Below are positions 51,417 to 64,000 of a DNA stretch of 64,000 bases, piece by piece. Where the stretch lies: NCBI RefSeq assembly GCF_004010195.1, contig NC_057749.1, positions 14,357,142 through 14,421,141 on the forward strand, read 5' to 3'. This DNA is from Chiloscyllium plagiosum. Lineage: Eukaryota. Every line of letters starts with the position of its first letter. The stretch's first letter is position 1. The position numbers were made by a program, and so were the translations under genes. The notes below the pieces were generated by a model, which saw nothing but the letters and a program-made list of their open reading frames with translations, searched no databases and was not told the DNA's origin.

Positions 51417-53256
51417 AGATTAAAGAGAGTGCATTGTAATGATCACAAGAAATTTCAGCCCAGTGATGAAAGTATTGATGGGCAGAGTCTTTCAGTTCTG
51501 CAGTATTACACATTAGACACATGTCTATTATGTATAGAAAAGGCCAATTAAAATGCTACCGAGACTAAGTAAAAAGGATCAAGATATAGTTAGGAAATCG
51601 ATATTCTACCAGCTTCAGATTTAGAGTTGATAAAATACTAAAATATTTGAAAAATAGTATTGTAAATTAACTGGATTTAATCATTTTATTAGCATGAATG
51701 TGGTGTCTCATGAATATCTCTGTTATTAAGTAGAAAGCAGTAATCAAACTCTTTATGGAAAATGGCAATGCTATTGTAGTTGAAAGATCAGTGAATGTGC
51801 AAATTAGAAAACTGGGATTCTATTCTTTTCCTTTAATGAAAAACAACCTCTCAATTAAAGCTATTGACATCAGTAGTAGAAATTTATTCGGTAAACCTCC
51901 ATTGTGTAAAAACTACAAAGGCAATTTGCTCATCTATCTTCTAAACATTTAAAATTTCAATAAAGAATGCACAAACAAGGGTTGAGGAGTACAATAAATC
52001 ACAGAAGTAACAGATGTTAGATCTGCAAGAAATACTGAAGGACACCACCAGTCGATAATAAATCTACACTTATCAAGAGATTTCAATGAGGTAGTGGCCT
52101 TAAAGGGGATTTAGAGTTTTAGGATAATCTAAGTATTCTAATTTTGCATTTTGTAGATTGACAAAATCTGGTTGTCAAATCAAGAAAATTGGGGATAAGG
52201 CAATAATAGAAGTGGAAAGGGTTTGGACTTGGATCACTGGCAAATTTTTCATCAATAATTTGAGGGGAGTTTGTTAGTAAGAATACGAACACAACAGTTA
52301 TAAATACAGAGGCAGAAAGCCCTTTTCAGCAATAGGGTACGTGAAAGCAACCAGGCCATAGTAGATGAAATTATTGACAACATTTTGGTACATCAGCCAA
52401 ACTGTAAGTTATCATCTGCATTAGTGTGAGCTGTACATGCTAAGAATTTGTTGAGGAAGATGGGATGACGCCCATATCAGTCATAAGTGACAGCCCCTAC
52501 TTCAGGAAGGGATAACAATTAGTTTTGCTTTTTTTTTTGGAGCATTTGAATGCATTGCATCCTGGCGGAACTTTCATTAAAGTTGAAATCTCAGGATTCA
52601 GTGAATCTAAGCTTTAAGATAAAACCATTGGAAACAGTTTCAATCTGGTTTATCATAGGAGAGAGAGGCTTAAAGAATACAATGTCCCAAGGAAGGTTAT
52701 GAGTAAAGATGAAAACAAATAATAGTCACAGCATTAGAATTACCCTATTCTGGTACACTCTTCCTTAATGCATATGGGTTACAAATTTGCAGATTCTGAA
52801 GAATTTGTTATTGAAAATAGTTGAGGAGCCAGATATTTCTCATAACCACATATTGGATAGCTACAAGGATTAAACTGTCACAATTGACAGCTTGTCTGAT
52901 GATGGACAACAGCGTTCTGATGGTCAATAGGAAGTTATTAGTGCCAAAGGATAACTGCCAAAAGTGTGTGAGAAGACGGAGTAGCTCAATTCTGGCACTC
53001 TCTGCAAGCTGCACTAAGTTGGCTGCCTTCATACTCCCATATGGTCTCAGTCACTTTAATAAGGATCCAGATTCTGCTAATTCTTCAATAAGCTGCTCAA
53101 ACACTAACTGTTGGAAAAACCCTTGCTTAAGGCTAACATTATAGAAATTAAAGTGTAGGCTTCAGTTGTGTGCAAAGTACAATCTCAATTAGGTTTGTAA
53201 AAATAAAAATTTCATCGTTCTTCACCAATGAATGTATGTACTCAGTCCTAAGTAAA

Positions 53257-53610
53257 GGGCAGCACAGTGGCTCAGTGGTTAGCACTGCTGTCTCACAGGA
53301 CCAGAGACCCAGGTTTGATTCCAGCCTCAGGCTGTATGGAGTTTGCACATTCTCCCCATGTCTGCAAGGGTTTCCTCCAAATGCTCCGGTTTCCTCCCAC
53401 AGTTCAAAGATGTGCAGGTTAGGTGAATTGGCCATGCTAAATTGCCCATAGTGTCCAGGGATGTGTAGGTTAGGTGCATTAGTCAGGGGTAAATATAGAG
53501 TAATAGGATAGGGGAATGGGTCTAGTGAGATACACAACAGGGGGTCAGTGTGGAATTGTTGGGCCAAATGGCCTGTTTCCAGAGTGTAGGGATTCTAGAA
53601 TGATTCTAAG
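53257..53610 (+). mobile_element. HE1-like V-SINE
   Basis: A/B boxes, V-domain and ggcctgtttcc..gtagggattct tail. Confidence 0.9.
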
Positions 53611-54300
53611 TTAAACGGAATTTGCTAGCTGAATTTATAAAGATCCCAACATTAACGGTCTATACTCGTTGCTGATGGAAAGAGACGTGCCTTGTGGACT
53701 ACAGATAATTACCATTTCATAGTAAAATACTTTTTGATCTTTTGATGCCGTTTAAATAGTGAACCAGCATTCCTATAATTCATGCTAATAAACAAGCTAG
53801 TATCCAGAACTATTAGCATTTCTCAAGTTTTAACCAGATGTGGACTTAAGTGTACAGAATTCCTCTAAATGCAAATGGCAATTTTTGAAGGCTAAAAATG
53901 CAGAAGTCTAAGGACATAACAGACTTGCATCTTTTTTTGCTCATAGCTTCAGAAATGAAATCCACTTTTGGTGTTCATCATGGGAATTAGAATTGAGGTT
54001 ATGACCTTCAGGCATATGGAACACAAAATTCAAACGACACTAACTTTTTAGATGGCTAGAATATTAAAGGTTTCTTCTGTTCAGCAAAGCTAACCAACTA
54101 CATTTTTAAAACTAGCTGTGCCAGAATAGCTTTTTTTTAGAAAAAGTTTAAATTTTGTAATTTTGTGCTTTTGCATTTAGAATTTTTCCAATCAGATTAT
54201 AATGAGATTCTCATTACTTGCAAAGGTCATATTCATTACTTAAACAAAATATTATCTACAACAAAATGGTATGGCAACACTACACAAAAATAGTTTCAAC

Positions 54301-54627
54301 TGGCACGGTGGCCCAGTGGTTAGCACTGCTGCCTCACAGCGCCTGTAGACCTGGGTTCAATTCCCGACTCAGGCGACTGACTGTGTGGAGTTTGCACATT
54401 CTCCCCGTGTCTGCGTGGGTTTCCTCCGGGTGCTCCGGTTTCCTCCCACAGTCCAAAGATGTGCGGGTCAGGTGAATTGGCCATGCTAAATTGCCCGTAG
54501 TGTTAGGTTAAAGGGGTGGATGTAGGGGTATGGGTGGGTTGCGCTTCGGCGGGTCGGTGTGGACTTGTTGGGCCGAAGGGCCTGTTTCCACACTGTAAGT
54601 AATCTAATCTAATCTAATCTAATCTAA
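54301..54627 (+). mobile_element. HE1-like V-SINE, young (CpG-rich)
   Basis: A/B boxes, V-domain, retained CpGs and an (aatct)n tail. Confidence 0.95.
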
Positions 54628-54949
54628 ACAAAATTTAATACTCAAATGAAACATAAATCTGTCCAGATGTATTTAAAACTTCACACAGTTAGTATTACAC
54701 TTCTTGAAACATCCATCTTGCATTAATTTTCAAGAGATTCGATAATGGAAGAAATAATAGCACTATAAACTGGTGAATAGGTGAACACAGACTATTTTTA
54801 TGTACAAAATTCACAAGTACAAAATGGATTTGTCATACCAAGAGGAAATATCATTAACATTTAAATTCATATTAATTAAGTACAGATTTAAAAGACTCAT
54901 TCAGTTTGACCTATTATTTCCATTATAGATATGAAATAATTATTTCCTA

Positions 54950-56348
54950 GATCTAAGTTTGCTTGCTGAGCTGGAAAGTTCAGTTTCAGATGTTTTGTCA
55001 TCATATTAGGTAACACATCAGTGAGCCTCCAGATGAAACATTGGTGGTATGGCCCGTGTTTAGGTTTCCTTGGGTTGGTGATGCCATTTCATGTTCTTTT
55101 TCTCAGGGGGTGCTAAACGGGATCCAAGTCAATGTGTTTGTTGATAGAATGCCATGCTTCTAGGAATTTTCATGCGTGTCTCTGTTTGGCTTGTCCTAGG
55201 ATGGATGTGTTGTCCCAGTCAAAGTGGTGTCCTCCCTCATCTGTAAGTAAAGATATTAGTAAGAGTGGATCATGTCTTTTTGTGGCTAGTTGATGTTCAT
55301 GTATCCTGGTGGCTAGTTTTCTGCCTGTTTGTCACCGTTCCTGCAAGGTATTCTGTAAATGACATTAGTTTTGCTTGTCTGTACAGGGTCCTTCAAGTTC
55401 ATTAGCTGCTGTTTTAGTGTGTTGATGGGTTTGTGGCCTACCATGATGCCAAGAGATCGGAGTCGTCTGGCAGTCATTTCTGAGATATCTTTGATGTAGA
55501 GGAGAGTGGCTAGGGTTTCTGGACGTGTTTTGTCTGCTGGTTTTGGTTTGTTGCTGAGAAATCAGCAGACTGTGTTCATTGGGTATCCATTCTTTTTGAA
55601 AACACTGTACAGGTGTATGCAAGAACGGGTATTCAATGAACACAGTCTGCCGATTTCTCAGCAACAAACCCAAACAAGCAGACAAAACACGTCCAGAAAC
55701 CCTAGTCACTCTCCCCTACATCAAAGACATCTTGGGAAATTCTGCCAGACTACTCAAATCTCTTGGCATCATGGCAGGCCACAAACCCATCAACACACTA
55801 AAGCCGCAGCTAATGAACATGAAGGACCCTATACAGACAACAAGGAAAACTAATGTCATTTCCAAAATACCTTGCAAGAATTGGAACAAACACTGCATTG
55901 GACAAACAGGCAGAAAACTAGCCACCAGGATACATGAACATCAAGTAGCCACAAAAAGACATTACCCACTCTCACTAGTATCTTTACATATAGATGAGGA
56001 AGGACACCACTTCGACTGGGACAACACATCCATCCGACGACAAGCCAAAACGGAGACACGCACAAGAATTCCTAGAAGCATGGCATTCCAACCTGAACTC
56101 TATCAACAAACACATTGACTCAGATCCCATTTACCACACCCTGAGAAAAAGAACAGGAAATGGCATCACCAACCCAAGGAAACCTACACACAAATAAAAA
56201 GTGGGTCATACCACCAGTGCTTCATCCAGAGGCTCACTGATGATGTCACCTGGTATGGTGACAAAACATCTGAAACCAAACCTTCCAGCTCAGCAAGCAA
56301 ACCTACTTCCAGAACCTCAACCTGAGCTACGAATCTTCTCAAAACTCG
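54950..56348. mobile_element. Penelope-like element 3' ends in inverted arrangement (GIY-YIG endonuclease + pLTR)
   Basis: ORF 55636-56118 TLPYIKD..NVISKIPCKNWNKHCIGQTGRKLATRIHEH..GHHFDWDNTSI is a decayed PLE GIY-YIG. ~54950-55590 is the reverse complement of ~55625-56325. Decayed hammerheads at 56234-56273 (+) and 54986-55024 (-). Confidence 0.92.
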
Positions 56349-56895
56349 ATAAATATTTCCATTAAACTAAAAGAAATTTCATATCACTGTTCCTGCTCTA
56401 AATTTAACAGAGGAAAGATAGCGGCAATCTTGTTAATCAGCAGGACAGTTGGTAACACTGATCATTTCCATGATATGAGACTAAGAAACCCGATGGGCAA
56501 AACTGTTGGCTGACAACTGGTCCTGGTTTACTTCAAACTAAACACTTACCATGTCAGCCGCCTCAACAACCAGCCACCCAACCCAAAAGGAAATATGCCT
56601 TTGCTTAAAGAACTACAAAAAATATTGATTAGAGGCTGCATAATTTTTTTAAAAAGTGTGGAAATGCTCATCCATTTTGATCAAGGAAATCAATCTCTCC
56701 CCCACACACATCCTCACCCCCCCCCCCCCTCCTCCAATGGACAAAACAGTTCAGCATTCATCCACTGGTGTTGCTTGAAATAATTTAAGAGCTGGAATAT
56801 TAGCAGGCTCTTTATCTGACGTCAATGTCCATGTATTTCCAACAGGAATCACTGGGTAGCAGTATGAACTGGGAACCTAGCTCAATTTATACTCA

Positions 56896-57116
56896 AGGTT
56901 TGTGTAAAGATTTTTAGCTCGGATGCCGGTTGCCGAGGTTGTGGGTATGTTTGCCAAGCTGGAAGTTGATTTGCAGACACTTCATCGCCATGTCTAGATG
57001 ACATCTTCAGTGCTTTGAAGCCTCCTGTGAAGCACTGCTGTACAGTGTCTTCTGGAATTTATCTCTGAAATAAATGCAAATCAACTTCCCAGCTCAACAA
57101 ACATACCCACAACCCC
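56896..57116 (-). mobile_element. Decayed hammerhead mini-element (family C) with a short inverted arm
   Basis: Homologous to 20740-21052. Minus strand reads gca-CTGAAGA-TGTCATC-tagaca-tggcgat-gaagtgtc-tgc. Confidence 0.7.
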
Positions 57117-59261
57117 ATCAATGTACAGTATTTTACATGGCAAAGCTAAGGCAAGCTATTAGTTCACTCACTGCTCCAAAAGTTGAGATTACAAAATTGC
57201 ATGAAACAGACCCTTCAAATTTAAATCAACAACCTATAAAGGATACACTTAGCATCATTATTTGAATCAATGTAACAACTGAAAAACCAGGAACTGGAAA
57301 TATTTAACTTTTATTTCAGTCAACTCATGGTTCTCCCAGGGCTCTGTTCCCTTTGCACATCAATAATGAAAAGAAAAAACACTTTTTTTTGGAGTGTGGA
57401 CTATAACTGAGAAAAGATACTGCCTTAAACCAAGGAGACTGTGTAAAGAAATGATTGCAATTTTAAAGAAACATTGAGAGCTGTATATACAATGTTACTA
57501 TTTCCTGGAGCAGCAAGGGGAAAGATAAGACCAAAAGGAATGTGTGGGTTTCTGAAAAATGGAACAATTGCCTGACAACAACATTCTGATAGGTTCCTGG
57601 GTGGGTGACTACAGCATGTCTGTGTGGGCAATGCAGAAAAAGGATCCAGTCTGCAAAGAAAAAACACCCAAAACTCCTACTCATCAGTGGATACATAATA
57701 GAAAATCTCAGATACCAGGAGATTTTTCTGGTAGCTGTTCTCATTTCCCTGTAAACTACAAATTCTTTTGAGTAAAAAAGGAGAAAATCACCATTGGAAA
57801 CATAGAAAGGGACATACTCTCAATGAGTGAATAAAAGGCAGTGTGTAAACAACCTTATCATATAAAACTGAAAATAATTTGAAGAAACTGAAAGAAATCA
57901 ACTCCAATCCAATGCCAGCTTACTGTGTTTCTTTTTTTCCCTTTTTACCACCCTTGATATCATATCTCATTTGTCTGTGCATCTGTATGAATGCATAAGG
58001 GAGAGTTTTTAAAGGGGTATATTTAAGTTTAATAAAGATATAAACCAATTCATGTTTCTTTTCCACCATTGCTCAAAAACTTGTTTGCATTAAATAGTTT
58101 TTCTTGCTAAGTAACAGAGGTACTTAGGTAAATTAAGGACTTTGGATAGTTTGAATAAAATTTTTAACTACTTGAGATTACCCTGAGAGACTTAATTTTC
58201 AGCTCTTGTGCTCATTTCAAATTGTAGGTGTCTAATGAGCAGGATCATAACTCATTAGAGTACAATGGTGGAATCACTATCCTGCTCTATCTTGTTCTCT
58301 GAACATTTCATGTAGATCATTTGAAGTCAATTTCTTTATGTAGCCCAGACACTACCATTAACCTCATATCACTACATCAGTACTGGTCTGCACATTTATA
58401 TAACTAACCACATAAATATTTCATGCTTCTAAAATAATTTGACCTTTAAAATAATCATCCAAGTTTAAAAGCACTCACATCCTGATTACATTTTCACTCT
58501 CAAAGCAGTCCTCAGCAAAATGGCTTAGGAGTCAATTTCAGTTTCACATTCCTTTACCTGTGGATTATTTTCTACTTAAGTTGCTTCGGAGTTCTCATTC
58601 ATTAACCTAACTGGGTGTAAAAATTCCCTCAGTCACCTGGTTGATCACACCATTGTCCTTGAACATCCCGCTACCCGAGCTGGATTGTACTCACCCACAT
58701 CTAATCTTATCTAATCATATGCAGAATCATCTGCAACCGCTTTCCTTGTTGCACCCATAACTTTACCTCTTAAGCACTCCCCAAACCCAAAGGGCCCATC
58801 CTTGACTCCACATCTAAGTACTGTCCCTTTTTTAAAAAAAAAATTCATTCACAGGATGAGGGCATCACTTGCTCGGCCACCATTTTTTGCCCAGAAGGCA
58901 GTGAAGAGTCAACCACACTCTTTTGGGAAAAGGGTCTAGAGTCACATGTCAGCCAGACCAAGTGAAAACATCAGTTTCCTTCCCTAAAGGACATTACAAT
59001 GGATTCAGGGTCATCAGTAGACTCAATTCTAGATTTTTATTGAATTCACATTCCACCATCTGCCACGGTGCATTTCAAACCCATGTCCCCCGAACATTAC
59101 TCCAGTCTCTGGATTAACAGTCCACCAACATAAAAAAAATCAATTCTCACATGCATACTGACAATACCAAGCTTTACTAGATTGTCATTTATCTGACTCT
59201 TTGCCAGGCATCCAGTGCTGGATGTACAGAAATATCCTCCAATTAATTATTAATAAGATTA

Positions 59262-59765
59262 AAATTATTGTCTTCAGTTCCGGTCACCAACTCCATTCCT
59301 CTCTCTCAACTGATGCTGAGCCAGACCATTTGAAACGTTCATGTATTTGACCCCTACATATCCACACCACCACTTAGATCACCTATTTTCACCTTTAACA
59401 TCTCCAAATCTGCCTCACTTCATCTGCTGCTGAAAGCTTCATCCATTTTAACACTCTTGTGGCTGACTCCTATGTTCTTTCTTGACATCATCCAAAAGTC
59501 TGTTTCACCCTTTGCTAACTGATCTCCATGAGCTCCCAATGCATCAAGTGTAAGTTCTTATCCTCTTCCCAGTCCCATAAACCTCTTTGCACTCCTATTC
59601 TGGCATCTTGACATCTCCAGATTTCACTAACCACTAAGAGTGCCAATGCCTTAATGTGCCTGGGCTCTAGATTCTGTGGTGTATTCCCTAAATCTCACCA
59701 TTCCTCTACCTTACTTTCTTCTACACAATACATTTTAAAATTTACCTCTGAACAAACATTTGTTG
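59262..59765 (+). mobile_element. L2 LINE relic
   Basis: attattgtcttcagt..tttgaccc..cacctattttcacctt..tctgctgctgaaagcttcatcca (SAAE.FIH) through to an L2-like end. Confidence 0.6.
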
Positions 59766-59859
59766 TGTACCATGTACACCTTTATATAACTTAGTCTATC
59801 AGCAACTGAGCTTAATGGGTCAACTATGTACTTTCACTACTTTGTCAATAAATAAGAAC

Positions 59860-61262
59860 GTGAAGAAAGAGAAACTCAGGAAAATTACAATCAAAGAAGT
59901 GGTATTGAGTTAACTGTTGGAACTGTGGGATGATGTTTACCTGGGGGCCCTGATGAACTTCATCCTAGGGTGTTAAAAGAAGTGGCTAGTGAGACAGTTA
60001 ATGCATTTGCTTCATTTTTCTAAAAGTCCCCAAATTCAGGAAAGATCCCATTAAGTTGGAAGATAACAAATATAACTCCCTTACTTAAAAAGGAAGACAG
60101 AAAGTAGGAAAGCATATCACAGGGAAAATAGATAGAAGCTATTACTAAACTCATAGCAGGAACTTGAATAAGTTCAAGGCAATCAGACAGACTGAACATG
60201 ATCCTGTGAAAGAGATATTCAACCAATCCATTAGAGTGCTTTGAGGAAGTAACCTTCTATGGACAATAGAAGATGTACTGTATTTGGATTGCCATATGAC
60301 ATTTGATAAGGTGTCACATCAAAGATTATTGCAGGAAATTAAATGCTCACAGTGAAGGGGGAGCCCACTGATATGAACGGAAGATTGGGTGGTTAACAGG
60401 AAACAGAAAAGGCTTAAATGGGTCTTTCTCAGTTGGCATGCATGGTTTGCTGCAGGAACCGGGACTAAGGTCTCAACTTTTTACAATTTATATAAAATGA
60501 CTAGGATGAAGGGACCTAAAGTATGGTCACTACATTTGCTGATGTCACAAAGATAAATAAGAAAGTAAGTTGTAAAGAGGACAAATTTCTAGATTTCCAA
60601 AAGGCATTTGACAAGATGCTGCACAAGAGGCTGTTGCATAAGATAAAAATGCGTGGCGTTACAGGCAATGTATTAGCATGGACAGAGGATTGGTTAACTA
60701 ACAGGAAGCAAAGAGTGAAGATAAATGAGCGCTTTTCTGGTTGACGATTAGAGATTAGCAGTGTGCCTCAGGGATCAGTGTTGGGACTGAATTATTCACA
60801 ATTTACATAGATGACCTGGAGTTGGGGATCACGTGTAGTGTGTCAAAGTTTGCAGGTGAGGCTAAGATGAGTGGTAGAGTGAAGTATGCAGAGGATTGTG
60901 AAACCTTGCAGAGGAACATTGATAGTTTTAGTGAGTGGGCAAAGGTACTTTATTTAAGGAAGGATATAAATGCATGGGAAGTAGCTGTTCCATAATAAAG
61001 CAGTCACACATTTAACATAGAGATGAGGCAATTTTGCTTCTGTCACACAGGCTCATAATACTTTGCAGCTCTCTTCCTAAAAAGGCAGTGGAAACTGAGT
61101 CCTTGAATATTTTGAGGCAGAGATGGTTAGATTCTTGGTAAGTAAGGGATGGAAGGTTATCAGGTCCGAGTGGGAATGTAAATTTGAGGGTACAAGTGAG
61201 TCAGCCATGATTCTCATCAACGGCAAAGGGGGGAGGGGTGCAAATGGCCTGTTTCTGCTGCA
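59860..61262 (+). mobile_element. Old CR1 LINE RT-3' region with a second CR1 RT fragment nested at ~60586-60945
   Basis: GPDELHPRVLKEVA..WKITNITPLLKK; FLDFQKAFDKMLHKRLLHKIK; gtgcctcagggatcagtgttggga. The RT segment occurs twice in diverged versions. Confidence 0.8.
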
Positions 61263-62077
61263 CATTTGAATTCTTACTCTTGGCTCCCGCAGAGGAAATG
61301 CATTTTTGTTCTATTCATCTTACAATTAAAATAACTTGGACGGGGGGAGAGGAAAAAAACTATAAATGTAAAAAGCAGATTTAACATTACAAAATACTTC
61401 AAGTTACTTCACACACAATGATCAGCATCACCAAACAACAGAAGCAGCACTGGGGAGAAATGGGACTTGGGTTAGAGAAGGTATGTAACTTCGAACATCC
61501 ACTTTTTCCAATTAATAGCAAAGTTGCAAATGAACTTTACTATGAAATTATAAACAAATGGATAAACAGTGAGCAATGGAAAATTCCCCATTTTTGAATC
61601 CACTATGGATTTCTGTTAGTGAGGTACAGCAGGCAGTTTTGCTGACTTCTCAAATATCAGTTCCGAATTGCAATTCAGTACTTAGCACAGGACCAAGAAA
61701 CCCATCTCTTTTTGCATTCTTTCAATGTCTGTAAGCTGCAGTCAACTGAAAAGAAATAGGAAACTAGTAGTGGAGGATTTTTAGTACACTCAAACAGAAT
61801 AACGTTCACAAACTTTCTTAATGGTGAACCATTTTGTTGGGGATGGATAATTTTCAGTTCTTAGCACAGACATGGTGGCATTTTAAAAATTAAGAGCCAA
61901 AAATTAAGCACAAAGGTCAAAACATGACCAATGTGGCTTGCTGCTACTGCCAGTGCATGGCAGTCACAATAGAAGGCAAGTAGAAACAGAAATAATCCAG
62001 TTTAAATTATAACACGAATTTCCCATTTCAGGCTGATTAGTGATATTCACACAATGGAGACTGAATGGCAGTAATAA

Positions 62078-62425
62078 ATAACTTCAATTTATGCAATGTT
62101 TTTCATGTCTGCAGCACTTGACAACCTTAATTACTTCTGAACAGCAGTTATTGTTGTTACAAGAGGACACAAAGCTGCCAATTTATGTACAGCAAGATCC
62201 AACAAAACTCAAATCAATTAATCTCTCGTCTGTACTTTTGGTTACAGGTTGACATCCCTAGCCTTCCTCAAATAACAGAGCACTTGACATTCACCTGAAC
62301 AAGCAGACTCTTTGTGTTATCATATCCAAAACACCCCTAACCAACTTGCAATTCCAGCAACACCCCCCAACTCCCAAGTACTCCACTGAAATGTCAGCCT
62401 AATTTAAGCACTTAAATCCTGTACG
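62078..62425 (-). mobile_element. DeuSINE-like relic
   Basis: Reverse complement resembles 49270-49620 (gtactccactgaaatgtcagcct; gctgccaatttatgtacagcaagatcc). Confidence 0.5.
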
Positions 62426-63737
62426 ATACTTTACAATATACACAAATACCTCTGAATTGATGCTAAACTGGTTTTTCACACACTTACATCATCCTGAAAG
62501 CACAACAATCCACCATGTACGTGGAAGATGAACCATTTATGTTGAGTACGAAAATCCAGACTGCAAGCATAATTTGATTACTCCACAAGGTAACTCTACC
62601 TTTTAACGTACTGTTAAAATCTTTCACTGAATGGAAAGTATGGGTCTGCCTTTAGGGTATGCTTGTGGTTAGCTGTACAGTTAAATTATCTGCGGCAACA
62701 TTTCAGCCAACCCAACAGTCAGAAGATATTGAAGTGAACTAAGCATAATTAACATTAGTTACAATGATGTCTCTGCCCTCAAATGTGCACTAATTTAATA
62801 GGAAATGCTATTGACTTAATCTGAAAGGAAGATTAATTGCTTCAGCAGTTAACAACATCTGAAACAGACATAGTCTGTTATCCTTAAAGCTACTTCTGTT
62901 GGTCATTGTCTCAAAAATAAGCACTTTTAGTCTATCCAGTATAAGGAAGTAAATCAAGGCATAAGGATTCAATATTAATTACTAAATTGCAGAAATAGAA
63001 TTATCAGCTGGCTGCACGTCTAATAAGTACGAAGCGCTCTTGCACTGTTCTGAAATGCAAATGCATCAAGTCCCATGCAACAGTATGCAACGGTTTGTAC
63101 ATATTAAATAGGCTGAATGAATTAAAGTAATTTATAGATAGTCTTATTAAAAAAAAACAAATTTTTGATTAATGGAATGAATTTCAGCACTTTAACATCC
63201 TACACCTACATTCCTCAACTTCAGCTCCTTATGCATCCCCACTTTCATTGGCAGATGGGTCTTAAGCCATCTCAGCCTTAAGGTCTGGAATTTCCTCCTC
63301 AAATGTTTTTGCTTTGCTACATCTCTCTTCTCTCAAGATGTTACATAAAAATTACTCCTTTTGGCAAGGATTGGGCATGTCCCATTGAGTGTCTGGCTGA
63401 TTGTCAACATTTACCTATCTATTCATGCTGAGAAAAGTCTTGGGAGATTTGTTAATTTAAAGCTCCATCAACATGGAAGTTGCTAGGGTGGCAGTCCAAT
63501 ATCATGGCAGACATGAATGAAATAAATATGCATTTATACTTCATCATTAGACCTACGGTAGTATTGTTTTTTGGGTTTGCTACATGTAATTTGTTTACTA
63601 ATGTCAACAGTGGTTTACAAAAACATTTGTGTATTAGCAGGGGCATCGTTAGGTCTTGAACATCCCTTTATGGGAAAATGCACAGCCTAGGGAAAAGCTA
63701 TCCAACAGGTTGGATTTGGATTTAAATGGCACGTTCC

Positions 63738-64000
63738 TTTAGAATCATAGCATGGAAATAGACCCTTCAGTCCAACTCATCCATGTCAACCAGCTATCCT
63801 AAATTAATCTAGTTCCATTTGCCAGCATTTGGCCTATATCCAACTAAACCCTTCCTATTCATATACTCATCCAGATGCCTTTCGAATGCTGTAATTGTAC
63901 CAGCCTCCACCACTTCCTCTGGCAGCTCATTCCATACACATACCATCCCTAGTCTAAGAAGGTTGCCGCTCAGGTCCCTTTTAAGTCTATCCTTTCTCAC
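63738..64000 (-). mobile_element. CR1 LINE 3' end (runs off the window)
   Basis: Minus-strand ORF ..VCVWNELPEEVVEAGTITAFERHLD; same family as 9348 and 38341. Confidence 0.95.

Noticed and set aside
52808..53144. Overlapping 107-aa (+) and 74-aa (-) ORFs in non-repeat DNA as a possible host exon
   Set aside because: No recognisable domain and no convincing splice-site pair; the minus frame is interrupted by a stop. It could still be a conserved non-coding element, which needs an alignment to test.
1..64000. CRISPR arrays, operons or other prokaryotic systems
   Set aside because: The DNA is eukaryotic and retroelement-rich, with no regularly spaced repeat-spacer array or gene-dense region.

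Overview
This is repeat-rich vertebrate genomic DNA with no recognisable intact host protein-coding gene, most likely a large intron or intergenic region. The HE1-type V-SINEs, abundant CR1 LINEs and DeuSINE-like relics point to a cartilaginous fish (shark or ray); that assignment is an inference. Contents: many decayed CR1 LINEs (one near full length with an SGNH-esterase ORF1), L2 relics, about 8 V-SINEs, DeuSINE-like relics, a solo LTR, a Tc1/mariner-type MITE and two Penelope-like elements (PLEs; RT and/or GIY-YIG) with inverted ends. The most striking signal is about a dozen short (100-330 bp) non-coding insertions from at least 4 sequence families. They are often palindromic, often flanked by 11-16 bp target-site duplications (TSDs), and built around a minimal type I hammerhead ribozyme motif (CUGANGA-stem II-GAAA-palindromic stem III-NUH). 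They look like a non-autonomous, PLE-mobilised ribozyme mini-element system. Also notable: a near-perfect 179-bp-arm fold-back across a PLE/CR1 junction, and one mini-element whose ribozyme is replaced by an inverted copy of nearby genomic DNA. All coordinates were read by eye and the boundaries of decayed repeats are approximate.
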